Assembly: GCA_945900965.1 (NCBI GenBank)
Contig: CAMDKM010000011.1
Location: forward strand, 9,213 to 73,212
Length of the DNA: 64,000 bases
Source: Bordetella parapertussis
GTDB lineage: Bacteria > Pseudomonadota > Gammaproteobacteria > Burkholderiales > JACQAP01
Direction: 5' to 3'
Part shown: positions 55,262 through 64,000 of the stretch, piece by piece
Layout of the letters: every line of letters begins with the position of its first letter
Numbering within the stretch: position 1 is the stretch's first letter
The notes under the pieces: model-generated
Databases searched by the model: none
What the model was told of the DNA's origin: nothing
Seen by the model: the letters and a program-made list of their open reading frames with translations, nothing else
Program-made: the position numbers and the translations under genes

Positions 55262-55999
55262 TCATTTGTCACCGCCCTCTACCCCGGCCAACACTTCGGC
55301 CACATGCAGCACACGCGTCCTCAAGTCGCCACGGCGGCGCAATCTACCCTCGATATTGAGCATACATCCCAAGTCGCCGAGTACCACGGCATCAGCTCCG
55401 ACAGCGTGGATGTCTTCACATTTTTGATCGGCGATACGGGCGGAGATGTCACCGAATTTGACGGCAAAGGTGCCGCCAAATCCACAACACTGCTCCGGTT
55501 GCGCCATTTCCTTAAGGGTGAGACCGGGAATTTTGCTCAGTAGAGCGCGGGGTTGCGACTTGACGTTCAATTCCCGCAATCCGGAGCAGGCGTCGTGATA
55601 GGTCACCCCGCCTTCGAAGCGACCCGGAACGCGCTCGATTTTCAGGACTCGGACAAGAAAATCGGTGAGTTCGAAGGTTTTCTCCGCGACGCTGACTGCC
55701 TTCGGGCGCCACTCCGGAAATTCCGCGAGGAGCTCCGGGTAATGGGTGCGAATCATTCCGCCGCATGAGCCCGACGGCACCACCACATAGTCACAAGCAG
55801 CGAATTCAGCAAGCACCTTTTTCGCCAGGGCCTGTGCCGCAATCCGATCGCCGGCGTTGTACCCGGGCTGCCCGCAACAGGTTTGCGAGCTCGGCACGCT
55901 TACCTCACAGCCGGCCTCTTCCAGGAGGCTGAGCGCCGCAAATCCGATACTTGGCCGCATCGCATCGACCAGGCAGGTAACAAAAAGACCGACCTTCAT
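55262..55999 (-). CDS. lutA: lactate utilisation protein A ((Fe-S)-binding, CCG-domain oxidoreductase)
   Basis: MKVGLFVTCLVD N-terminus. Two CCG motifs (QTCCGQPG, EQCCGFGG). Confidence 0.88.
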   Translation of the reverse strand: MKVGLFVTCLVDAMRPSIGFAALSLLEEAGCEVSVPSSQTCCGQPGYNAGDRIAAQALAKKVLAEFAACDYVVVPSGSCGGMIRTHYPELLAEFPEWRPKAVSVAEKTFELTDFLVRVLKIERVPGRFEGGVTYHDACSGLRELNVKSQPRALLSKIPGLTLKEMAQPEQCCGFGGTFAVKFGDISARIADQKCEDIHAVGADAVVLGDLGCMLNIEGRLRRRGDLRTRVLHVAEVLAGVEGGDK

Positions 56000-56226
56000 T
56001 TTTCTCCCTACTGTGCAGACCGCTGGCAATCCGTTTCCCTGTTATTTCCGATCAGTTTCCAGGCGCTGCAGTCTGCGAAAACCCAACCTGGCGGGAATGC
56101 GAACGAATGGAGCAGTTCGTCGGACAAAAGCTATCGGAAGCCCAATGAGCGCACTTAAACAGGGCGCGGAATATAACACAGGGTTTTTTCTGTGGCGTGT
56201 TGCTCACAACAGATTCGACCAGTAAA

Positions 56227-57051
56227 ATGCGGCGATGCACAAACTCGAAATTTCAAAAAGCGAAATCATACGTGGCTGAATCTAATGGTAAAACGTCGAT
56301 CCAGGTGATCGAGCGCATGATGGATCTGGTGGATGCTTTGGCACGCAGCAACGAACCGGTCAATCTCAAGCGTCTGTCCCTGTCAACCGGTCTGCATCCG
56401 TCCACTGCCCATCGCATTCTCAATATGCTAGTGGGCTTTCGCATGGTGGAGAGGGTCGTTCCGGGCACCTATCGCTTGGGACTGCGGCTTATGGAGCTGG
56501 GCAATCTGGTCAAATCGCGCATCAGTCTGCGCGATCTGGCACTCCCCTCCATGCAACGGCTGCACGGGGAGCTGCGAGAAACCATCGATCTGGTGGTGCG
56601 TCAGGGTGATGAGACGGTTTGTGTCGAACGCCTTGGGTCAGACCCTACGGCGATTCGCTTGTTAAACATGGCCAGCGCGCGCGCGCCGTTGCACGTCACT
56701 GCGGTGGGAAAGATATTTCTGCTGGAGGACGGCCCGGAAAAATGCCGCGATTATGCGACACGCACCGGGCTTCCGGTTCTTGCCAAAAATACGCTGCATG
56801 ATCTGGGAGCGCTCACCCGCGACTTGGAGCGCATTCGCAAGCTGAGTTACGCGCTGGACAACGAAGAGGCGGAAAAAGGTGTTTCCTGTCTCGGTGCGGG
56901 GATTTACGACGACGAGTCGCGACTGGTCGCAGGCCTGGCTGTATCGGCACCGGCCGATCGGCTGGACAAGTCCTGGGCTCCCCGGGTTAGGGAGATTGCG
57001 GACGAAATATCCCGCGCCTTGGGATTCCGCGCGGGTATTAAGGCTGCCTAG
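56227..57051 (+). CDS. IclR family transcriptional regulator (divergent from lutABC)
   Basis: N-terminal wHTH (SIQVIERMMDLVDALARSNEPVNLKRLSLSTGLHPSTAHRIL) and a C-terminal IclR effector domain. Confidence 0.85.
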   Translation: MRRCTNSKFQKAKSYVAESNGKTSIQVIERMMDLVDALARSNEPVNLKRLSLSTGLHPSTAHRILNMLVGFRMVERVVPGTYRLGLRLMELGNLVKSRISLRDLALPSMQRLHGELRETIDLVVRQGDETVCVERLGSDPTAIRLLNMASARAPLHVTAVGKIFLLEDGPEKCRDYATRTGLPVLAKNTLHDLGALTRDLERIRKLSYALDNEEAEKGVSCLGAGIYDDESRLVAGLAVSAPADRLDKSWAPRVREIADEISRALGFRAGIKAA

Positions 57052-57080
57052 TTTTACCTGGAATTACCACACACCGGCTG

Positions 57081-57980
57081 TCAGCCGGCGACGCGAAGAA
57101 CGTCGGTCTCGATCCAGCGCTTGATTCGGTTAGCATCGCCGATACGGGACAATTTTCCCCAGGAATCCAGCAAAACGATGATGACCGGCTTATCGGCGAT
57201 CATCGCCTGCATCACTAGGCAGCGGCCCGCCTCGCTGATGTAACCGGTTTTCGACAGCCCGATTTCCCAGCTGTTGCTCTTGATCAGCCGGTTCGAATTG
57301 ACGAATTGCAGTGTGCGCCCGCGGCGTTGGTCTTCGGATTCGAGCCGGAAGGAGTTCGAGGTCGTGTATTCGCGAATCAGCGGATAGTTGTGGGCCGCCT
57401 CGGCAAGTTTCGCGAGGTCTGCCGCAGTGGAAACATTGTGCGGGGTTAACCCGGTGGCATCGGCGAACCTGGTATCGTTCATCCCCAGTTCCTCAGCCCT
57501 GCGATTCATTTCCCTGACAAAAGCCTCGGTTCCACCAGGGTAATTTCTGCCCAATGCAGCAGCGGCCCGGTTCTCCGAAGCCATCAACGCGAGTTTGAGC
57601 ATTTCAGCCCGCATCAGGGTAGTGCCCACTTTCAGCTTGGAGCGCGAGCCCTTTATCCTGTCTACGTCGTCGTTGTCGATGATGATGGACTCCAGCAAGG
57701 GCAGTCCAGAATCCAATACCACCATCGCGGTCATCAGTTTAGTGATCGAGGCGATGGGCATCACATGATCGGTGTTCTTGGCGATCAGGGGCATACCGGA
57801 ATTCTGGTCCAGAACCAGGACCGCCCCCGAGCGTAGGCTCAGATTGACCTTTTTGACGGAGAATCCCTTGCCAGCTAATGTCCGGACACTTTCGTCGGCG
57901 TTGGCAGAAGAGCCGGCGATGGTGAGCCCGGTTGCTGCAAAGGCCAGTAAAGCAGAGGTAACGATTTGTTTTTTCAACAT
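57081..57980 (-). CDS. D-alanyl-D-alanine endopeptidase / low-MW PBP (S11 family, PbpG-like)
   Basis: Signal peptide. SxxK (ASITK), SxN (SEN) and KTG (SKTGY) motifs. Confidence 0.88.
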   Translation of the reverse strand: MLKKQIVTSALLAFAATGLTIAGSSANADESVRTLAGKGFSVKKVNLSLRSGAVLVLDQNSGMPLIAKNTDHVMPIASITKLMTAMVVLDSGLPLLESIIIDNDDVDRIKGSRSKLKVGTTLMRAEMLKLALMASENRAAAALGRNYPGGTEAFVREMNRRAEELGMNDTRFADATGLTPHNVSTAADLAKLAEAAHNYPLIREYTTSNSFRLESEDQRRGRTLQFVNSNRLIKSNSWEIGLSKTGYISEAGRCLVMQAMIADKPVIIVLLDSWGKLSRIGDANRIKRWIETDVLRVAG

Positions 57981-58225
57981 ATTGTTCTTAAATAAAGAAT
58001 TGTATGAAATATCCTGATTGTGCAGTCGCCATGGTTTTGCCGTTTGAATGCAAGTTTCGCAGCACTCAGAACTAAACGACGCCTAACATACCAAAAATCA
58101 ACAAGTAAGGAAACAATATCAATAATTCTTTTAAATGCAAGCGCTGATTCATTCATTATCTGTGGAAAATTCTGCTGGGGCCGGGCATTGATCCGGCACA
58201 GTCCATGGCAAAGCACATGCAAGAA

Positions 58226-60046
58226 TCATGCGCCGTGACCCGCCAGCTCGGCCGCTTCGACCCGTTCCTTTTCCTGCTGAAGCGCCCACATGTGTGCGTA
58301 CGCCCCGGCCATTGCAAGTAATTGACGATGGGTACCGCGCTCTACAATTCTGCCGGCATCCATGACCAGAATTTCGTTTGCATCGATCACGGTGGACAAG
58401 CGATGGGCAATAACCAGCGTGGTTCGCGATGCCGAAATTCGCGACAGTTCGCTCTGAATGGCTTTTTCGGACTTGGAATCCAGGGCCGAGGTGGCTTCGT
58501 CGAATATCAGAATCAAGGGATTCTTGAGTAACGTCCGCGCAATGGCCACCCGTTGCTTTTCGCCACCCGACAGCTTCAGGCCCCGTTCGCCGACCGAAGT
58601 TTCGTAACCGTCCGGCAGGCTCTCGATAAAATCGTGTATGTGCGCAGAGCGTGCAGCTTCGATGACTTTTCCCCTTGGCGCGTCCGGATTGCCGTAGGCG
58701 ATGTTGTAAAAGATGCCGTCGTTGAACAACACCGTATCCTGGGGAACGATGCCGATTGCCGCGCGTAAGCTCTTCTGGGTGAAGTCGCGCACATCCACGC
58801 CATCGATGATCACTCGCCCTGCATCGACGTCATAGAAGCGAAACAATAATCTGGCCAGCGTGGATTTGCCCGAGCCGCTGGCACCCACCACCGCAACCGT
58901 GTGACCGGGGGGAATTTCGAAACTCACCTGGTGCAGAATCTGCCGCCGGGGTTCGTAGCTGAAATCGACATTCTCGAATTTCACCACTGGCCGCGCAGCC
59001 GCCAGAACGCGCGCGCCCGGCCGGTCCTCGATTTCCCGGTTTTCCGACAGCAGGCGGAACATTCTGTCCATGTCGATAAGTGCCTGTTTGATTTCCCGGT
59101 ACACCATGCCCATGAAATTGAGTGGAATGTACAACTGGATCAGCAGCCCGTTGACCAGCACCAGATCCCCCAACGTCAGCGTTCCGCTGACAACCCCCTC
59201 AGCGGCTAAAATCATCAGCAATGTCACCGCCACGGCAATCACCAGGCTCTGGCCGATGTTGAGCAGGCCCAACGAGGCCTCGTTCTTGACCTCGGCAGAT
59301 TCGAATTTGCTCAGATTGTCGTCGTAGCGTCCGGCCTCGAACTCTTCGTTGTTAAAATACTTCACCGTTTCGTAATTCAACAAGCTGTCGATGGCACGGG
59401 TGTTGGCCTTGGAATCCAGCTCATTGGCCTTGCGGCGGATATCCATCCGCCACTCCGTGACGGTGACCGTGAAAATCAAATAGACCACCACGGCGATCAG
59501 CGTCACGGCCGTAAACCGCCAGTCGAACTTGGCGGTCAGCACAAAAGCCACCAGCCCGAATTCGAGGATCACCGGAATGATCGAAAACAGCATGTAGGTG
59601 ATCAAAGTGGAAATTCCACGGGTGCCACGCTCGATATCGCGCGATACCCCTCCGGTCTGGCGCTCGAGGTGAAACCGCAGACTCAAACTGTGCAGGTGGC
59701 GGAATACTTGCAGCGCGACGCGTCGGATCGCCCGTTTCGCCACGCGGACAAACACAATGTCCCGCAATTCGGCGAACAAGGTGGTGGACAGGCGCAATAC
59801 TCCATACATGACCAGCAGCGCCAGGGGCATGACCACCATCGCCTGACTGGGGTCGAGCGCATCCACCACGCCCTTCATCACCAGCGGCACCCCAACGTTG
59901 GCCAACTTGGCACTGGCCAGCAATAACAGGGCAATGGTCACCCTGACCTTGAATTCCAGCAGATAAGGCAGCAAGGTACGGATGGTGCGCCAGTCGTTGC
60001 GCTGCCAGGCGGGCCGGGGAATTTCAGTCAAGGAGTGTGAACGCAA
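58226..60046 (-). CDS. ABC exporter, fused permease/ATPase, Atm1/ABCB7/HMT-like
   Basis: 606 aa. 6-TM N-terminal domain. Walker [10 protein letters not shown], signature LSGGEKQR, Walker [14 protein letters not shown]. Confidence 0.9.
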   Translation of the reverse strand: MRSHSLTEIPRPAWQRNDWRTIRTLLPYLLEFKVRVTIALLLLASAKLANVGVPLVMKGVVDALDPSQAMVVMPLALLVMYGVLRLSTTLFAELRDIVFVRVAKRAIRRVALQVFRHLHSLSLRFHLERQTGGVSRDIERGTRGISTLITYMLFSIIPVILEFGLVAFVLTAKFDWRFTAVTLIAVVVYLIFTVTVTEWRMDIRRKANELDSKANTRAIDSLLNYETVKYFNNEEFEAGRYDDNLSKFESAEVKNEASLGLLNIGQSLVIAVAVTLLMILAAEGVVSGTLTLGDLVLVNGLLIQLYIPLNFMGMVYREIKQALIDMDRMFRLLSENREIEDRPGARVLAAARPVVKFENVDFSYEPRRQILHQVSFEIPPGHTVAVVGASGSGKSTLARLLFRFYDVDAGRVIIDGVDVRDFTQKSLRAAIGIVPQDTVLFNDGIFYNIAYGNPDAPRGKVIEAARSAHIHDFIESLPDGYETSVGERGLKLSGGEKQRVAIARTLLKNPLILIFDEATSALDSKSEKAIQSELSRISASRTTLVIAHRLSTVIDANEILVMDAGRIVERGTHRQLLAMAGAYAHMWALQQEKERVEAAELAGHGA

Positions 60047-60215
60047 GGCGAACTACAGAATGATTCGAGCGACAGGTTTCATACAGTCCCGAAGTATACT
60101 CCTGGAGCCCAATATCGAAATCGGAGAAGCGCCCGGCATGGAGTATATTGACCCCACATGGCCTCTTGGGCCCGACCCGCAGTCGAAATCATTCCCATAG
60201 GAGAATTTTTGGATC

Positions 60216-60665
60216 ATGAAACTGCTGCGCTGGACCGCTGGACTGCTCGTTATTCCCCTTGCCCTTTTCGCGGCCTATGCATGGCTGGTGCTGAACTGGA
60301 GTTACTCCGAAGGCGAGCGCGCGGGCTACGTGCAGAAACTTTCGAAAAAAGGCTGGATCTGCAAAACCTGGGAAGGGGAACTGGCTCTGGTGACGATGCC
60401 GGGCACGGTCGGGGAGAAGTTTTATTTTACGGTGCGGAGCGACGAAGTCGCCGATCAGATCAATCGCTCGATCGGCCGGCGGGTCGCACTCCGCTATGAA
60501 GAGCATGTTGGAATTCCCACCAATTGTTTTGGTGACACCCGCTATTTTGTGAACGCGATCCAATTGATCGACGAGCCGGCACCCCTGCAATCGGTGCCGA
60601 CCGCAACTCCACCGGAATCGTCGATACCGTCTGACGCACCCGGGCCCACGGAACCGAAAAAATAG
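60216..60665 (+). CDS. membrane-anchored hypothetical protein
   Basis: AGGAG SD. N-terminal TM LLRWTAGLLVIPLALFAAYAWLVL. Pro-rich tail. No family recognised. Confidence 0.6.
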   Translation: MKLLRWTAGLLVIPLALFAAYAWLVLNWSYSEGERAGYVQKLSKKGWICKTWEGELALVTMPGTVGEKFYFTVRSDEVADQINRSIGRRVALRYEEHVGIPTNCFGDTRYFVNAIQLIDEPAPLQSVPTATPPESSIPSDAPGPTEPKK

Positions 60666-60679
60666 ATACGCGGACGGCG

Positions 60680-61843
60680 TTACGCGTAATCTGCGTTTCG
60701 CCCATAACTGCTAATGCCAGTTAGCAGCCGCACCAACGCGTAGGCCGCTACGGCAATCAGCCGGCGCACGGAGCCCATTCGAGTCCATCGCTCGCGCGTT
60801 ACCTGCAGCGCGCCCGTGGACATGGCATTGTCCAGGCTGGCCCGTAGCTGTCTGGAAAATTCTTCGCTTTCGATAACGATGTTGGCTTCCCGCGCCAGCA
60901 ACAGGCTCATTGGATCGATATTGGAGGACCCCACTGTGGCCCACTGACCATCGATGACCGCCACTTTGGCGTGCAGGAATCCACTGTGGTACTCGAAAAT
61001 TTCCACACCCGCGTCGATCAATTCGTCGTAAAGAGCCCGCGTGGCGTAATGCACCAGAAAATATTCCACGCGTCCTTGCAGAAGCAGCACCACGCGAACG
61101 CCGCGCTTGCGGGCCGCGCACAATTCCGTCCGAAAACGCCCGCCGGGAAGAAAGTACGCATTGGCGATCACGATTTCCTTCTGCGCCGTGGTAATGCGCT
61201 CCAGATAGGCCCACTCGATGTCCCGTCGATGGCGAAAATTGTCGCGCACCAGAAAGGCCGCGGCATGTTGACCGGATTTCCGGGAGCGCATGACAGACGG
61301 CGCAAGTGGTCTCCAGAGCCGGCGAAGTTGAACCCATGCAGTGCGCATCCACATGGTCCGAACGGCCAGGTGCATGTCGAGAAGGATGGGCCCTTCCACC
61401 CTGACTGCATAATCGAAGCGCGGCGCCGCAAGCCCGGGCTGGTCAAGATCGTCGAGGATGTTGATGCCGCCACAGAACCCGATGCGCGCGTCGATGACAA
61501 CGAGCTTGCGGTGCAGCCTGCGAAGCCGGGTACGACGCAAATGAAACCGGTACAGATCCGGCCGGAAAACCAGCATTTGCACACCGGCATCGAGCAATTT
61601 CTGCCGCAGAGTTTCGGGAAAGGCACGTGACCCGAATCCATCGATCAGCAAATGTACACGCACGCCCCGGCCGGCCGCACGAATCAATGCATCGGCAACG
61701 TTTCTTCCGGTGGTATCAAATTCAAAGATGTAAGTTTCAAGAAAAATTTCGTGCTGGGCGGCATCGAATTCCAGCTCCAGTTCCGGAAAATACTGGGCGC
61801 CTCCCTCCAGCAAACGAATTCGGTTTCCCTGCCGCAGCTTCAT
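60680..61843 (-). CDS. clsB: cardiolipin synthase ClsB (PLD superfamily)
   Basis: Two HKD motifs (LHRKLVVIDARIGFCGGINI and LHAKVAVIDGQWATVGSSNID). ATGA overlap with the upstream EEP gene, as in E. coli ybhP-clsB. Confidence 0.88.
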   Translation of the reverse strand: MKLRQGNRIRLLEGGAQYFPELELEFDAAQHEIFLETYIFEFDTTGRNVADALIRAAGRGVRVHLLIDGFGSRAFPETLRQKLLDAGVQMLVFRPDLYRFHLRRTRLRRLHRKLVVIDARIGFCGGINILDDLDQPGLAAPRFDYAVRVEGPILLDMHLAVRTMWMRTAWVQLRRLWRPLAPSVMRSRKSGQHAAAFLVRDNFRHRRDIEWAYLERITTAQKEIVIANAYFLPGGRFRTELCAARKRGVRVVLLLQGRVEYFLVHYATRALYDELIDAGVEIFEYHSGFLHAKVAVIDGQWATVGSSNIDPMSLLLAREANIVIESEEFSRQLRASLDNAMSTGALQVTRERWTRMGSVRRLIAVAAYALVRLLTGISSYGRNADYA

Positions 61844-62580
61844 CGCTTGCGGTCCAACAGGGCCGATAAGGCAACGTGGTCGGATACACGGGACCAGGTG
61901 CGCCCACGATGGGCATGGGCGATGCGAATCGAAAACCCCCTCACGTAAATCCGGTCCAGTCTGAGGAAAGGCAATATAGCCGGATAGCTGCGCGCCGGAA
62001 GACCGGCGGTATTCTCGAACACTTCCGTCACGTCGAGTGCGGAACTTGCCCGGCGGCGCCAATCGTTGAAATCGCCAGCCACGATCAGGGGTGCGCCCGG
62101 CGGCACCTCGCGCTCGATGCGGGCATTGAGCAACGCGATCTGTTTCTTGCGCCAGCGACCCAGCAGCCCAAGATGCACGTTGATACAGTGAAGGTGATGA
62201 TTCCAGCCCGGAATCTCGATCTCGCAATGAAGCATGCCGCGCGATTCCGAGCGGTGCATCGAAACATCGAGGTTGTCCGATTTGACGATGGGATATTTGC
62301 TCAGAATAGCATTGCCGTGATGCCCGCTTTCATAGACGGCATTCCTGCCATAGGAAAATTCGTTCCACAACGAATCCGCGAGAAACTCGTGTTGTGGCGC
62401 CGCCGGCCAGTCGGCATGCCGTTCCGCGTGTTTCTCGTGCAGGCCCTGCACTTCCTGAAGGAACACCAGGTCGGCGCCGATTTTTCGCAGCTGGTCCCGT
62501 AAATCGTGAACCGACATGCGCCTTTTGAACTGGGAGAATCCCTTGTGAATATTGTAGGTAACGACGTGCAGAGAATCCAT
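61840..62580 (-). CDS. endonuclease/exonuclease/phosphatase (EEP) family protein, YbhP-like
   Basis: 246 aa. VVTYNIHKG ... LQEV ... SDH C-terminal motif. Position upstream of clsB. Confidence 0.85.
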   Translation of the reverse strand: MDSLHVVTYNIHKGFSQFKRRMSVHDLRDQLRKIGADLVFLQEVQGLHEKHAERHADWPAAPQHEFLADSLWNEFSYGRNAVYESGHHGNAILSKYPIVKSDNLDVSMHRSESRGMLHCEIEIPGWNHHLHCINVHLGLLGRWRKKQIALLNARIEREVPPGAPLIVAGDFNDWRRRASSALDVTEVFENTAGLPARSYPAILPFLRLDRIYVRGFSIRIAHAHRGRTWSRVSDHVALSALLDRKR

Positions 62581-62595
62581 GATCGAATACGAGGC

Positions 62596-63159
62596 CTATC
62601 TATACGGCTGGGTAGGCGCTACGCTGGTCTTGAGAATCTCCTCGACCATTGCGCCAAATTGTTTGCGTATCGTATTGCGCATCAACAACGTACCAATGAG
62701 ATGGGGCACGTTGAAATCGGGCGTCAACCGCCCGCTGTAGTACAGCCGCAAGCGCGGACCGGATGAGTCCAGCACGTAGGTGCCAAGCATCTCCTTGAAA
62801 TTCCCCTCGATGGCACGGGATTCGACTCGATCAGGAGGAAATTCGTCGATAGCAAGCTTCACCTTCACTGGCATTCTGAAGAACAGCAGACTGGCCTCGC
62901 CATTTTGCTCGATCACCACACTGTTGCCGGAACGGGAGACCACACGGCTGGAAGCCATGCCCGGTATGAACTCGGCAAGCCGGTCGTAATCGGTGAGTAT
63001 CTGCCACGCATGCGACTGATCGCATTCGATTTCCGCGCTGGCCGCGACATCGAAGCTGTCGTCGTGCCGTGCAACCTCAACGGAAACTGAGGCCCCGTGA
63101 CCGAGTGACGGACCAGCCAAGAAAAGCACAAGCAGGAGATTTCCAGACCGACCACTCAT
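62596..63159 (-). CDS. SRPBCC (START/polyketide cyclase-like) family protein with signal peptide
   Basis: 187 aa. Signal-like N-terminus. HAWQILTDYDRLAEFIPGM block typical of SRPBCC proteins. Confidence 0.7.
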   Translation of the reverse strand: MSGRSGNLLLVLFLAGPSLGHGASVSVEVARHDDSFDVAASAEIECDQSHAWQILTDYDRLAEFIPGMASSRVVSRSGNSVVIEQNGEASLLFFRMPVKVKLAIDEFPPDRVESRAIEGNFKEMLGTYVLDSSGPRLRLYYSGRLTPDFNVPHLIGTLLMRNTIRKQFGAMVEEILKTSVAPTQPYR

Positions 63160-63213
63160 TGCGGAAACCGCCTTGACTCCTCCGCCCGGAGAACAAGCGG
63201 GAAACGTAACGCT

Positions 63214-63660
63214 TCAAACTCTGGACGGCAGCAGGCGCAATATTTTTGCATTGCTCCAGGAAAACACCTTGTCGGCTGCCTTATCGTGGGGCAGCCAGGC
63301 AAATTGCAGATGTTCCCGCGGAGACAGGGTCGCGGGAAGCGGGGCCGGAAGGCACAAGCCGAATACATGCTCGGTATTGTGCGTCACGCCTGGCGCATAG
63401 CGCCAGCGCCATTCCGGATAGATTTCGTAACGGTTCTGCGTCTGCCAGTCCGTCAGGGTCCCGGCAATTCCAGCGATACCGGTTTCTTCGGCCACTTCCC
63501 GGGCGGCGGTTTCGACCAGGGTTTCGCCCTCTTCCTGGCTGCCTGTCACGGATTGCCAAAATCCCGGGCGATCGGCGCGCTCCAGAAGCAACACCTGCAG
63601 GTCCGGCGTATGAATGACCACCAGCACCGAAACCGGGATCTTAAAGACAGTTTTTGCCAC
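63214..63660 (-). CDS. nudB: dihydroneopterin triphosphate diphosphatase NudB (Nudix)
   Basis: Nudix box GSQEEGETLVETAAREVAEETGI and FWQSVTG. The GTG at 63660 gives MAKTVFKIPVSVLVV, the same N-terminal length as E. coli NudB. TTG 63690 and GTG 63669 are alternatives. Adjacent to aspS as in E. coli. Confidence 0.8.
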   Translation of the reverse strand: MAKTVFKIPVSVLVVIHTPDLQVLLLERADRPGFWQSVTGSQEEGETLVETAAREVAEETGIAGIAGTLTDWQTQNRYEIYPEWRWRYAPGVTHNTEHVFGLCLPAPLPATLSPREHLQFAWLPHDKAADKVFSWSNAKILRLLPSRV

Positions 63661-63797
63661 AGAGGCCACAGAGGTCTCAGAGAAATTCAATAGCGCGAGT
63701 TCGAATTCTGGTCAACACCGTTGGTGCTCTGTGATAGATCACCCGCGCAAGAATGTTCTTGATTGCCGTTCTCTGTCTCCTCTGTGCTCTCTGTGGC
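63656..63797. repeat. CACAGAG-arm intergenic element, copy 4
   Basis: GCCACAGAGGCCACAGAGG (left) and CTCTGTCTCCTCTGTGCTCTCTGTGGC (right), with subterminal TTCTTGATT. It fills the whole aspS-nudB gap. Confidence 0.8.
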
Positions 63798-64000
63798 TAG
63801 CTTGTTTTGGGTTGCTCGACATTGCGCAACCGGATATGCAGTTCGCGCAATTGTTTTTCCTCCACGGGACTGGGCGCCTGGCACATCAAATCCTGCGCGC
63901 GCTGGGTTTTCGGGAAGGCGATCACGTCGCGAATCGACTCGGCGCCGGCCATCATGGTCACGATGCGGTCCAGGCCGAAAGCCAGGCCACCATGCGGCGG
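63797..64000 (-). CDS. aspS: aspartate--tRNA ligase, C-terminal 67 codons (5' part outside the window)
   Basis: The minus-strand frame, open to the window edge, reads [46 protein letters not shown]..., the class II motif 3 region of AspS. Stop TAG at 63797-63799. Confidence 0.9.
   Translation of the reverse strand, partial: PPHGGLAFGLDRIVTMMAGAESIRDVIAFPKTQRAQDLMCQAPSPVEEKQLRELHIRLRNVEQPKTS

Noticed and set aside
58000-58225. An AT-rich 225-bp gap between the pbpG-like and ABC exporter genes, as a possible sRNA or foreign insert.
   Set aside because: I could define no conserved structure, repeat or ORF. It is most simply the promoter region of the pbpG-like gene plus a weak terminator hairpin (GCCGG...CCGGC) for the ABC gene.

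Overview
GC-rich (about 60% by eye, not computed) chromosomal segment of a Gram-negative bacterium. It is probably a betaproteobacterium: two orphan Bug/TctC-type solute receptors, an RND pump, and aspS-nudB and ybhP-clsB-like synteny. I can support about 66 protein-coding genes, one tRNA-Arg(UCG), one probable pseudogene, several intrinsic terminators and a cspA-type promoter with a long leader. Gene content mixes housekeeping genes (hrpA, aspS, nudB, clsB, a pbpG-like endopeptidase, an FKBP isomerase, a rhomboid protease, lutABC) with peripheral catabolism and transport (two D-aminoacylase paralogues, amidase, dehydrogenases, MFS, ABC and RND exporters) and a VapBC toxin-antitoxin pair. I saw no rRNA, CRISPR array, transposase, integrase or phage genes. 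The strongest signal outside genes is a high density of structured intergenic repeats, at least 12 in 64 kb, in at least three families. Their inverted arms are themselves built from short tandem 7-8 nt units. One family shows a compensatory double substitution between copies. Another provides a terminator and fills the whole hrpA upstream region with tandem arrays. The best candidates for undescribed protein systems are: (i) a translationally coupled pair of a 491-aa polytopic membrane protein and a VWA lipoprotein (13568-15708); (ii) a CHAD protein coupled to a Nudix-membrane fusion (5352-7282); (iii) a metallophosphoesterase, a degenerate cyclase-like/PEGA protein and a tail-anchored Ser/Thr kinase (24214-27294), next to a lipoprotein with six Cys-pair repeats (28293-28973). 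All functional calls rest on motif recognition by eye. No database search was run.
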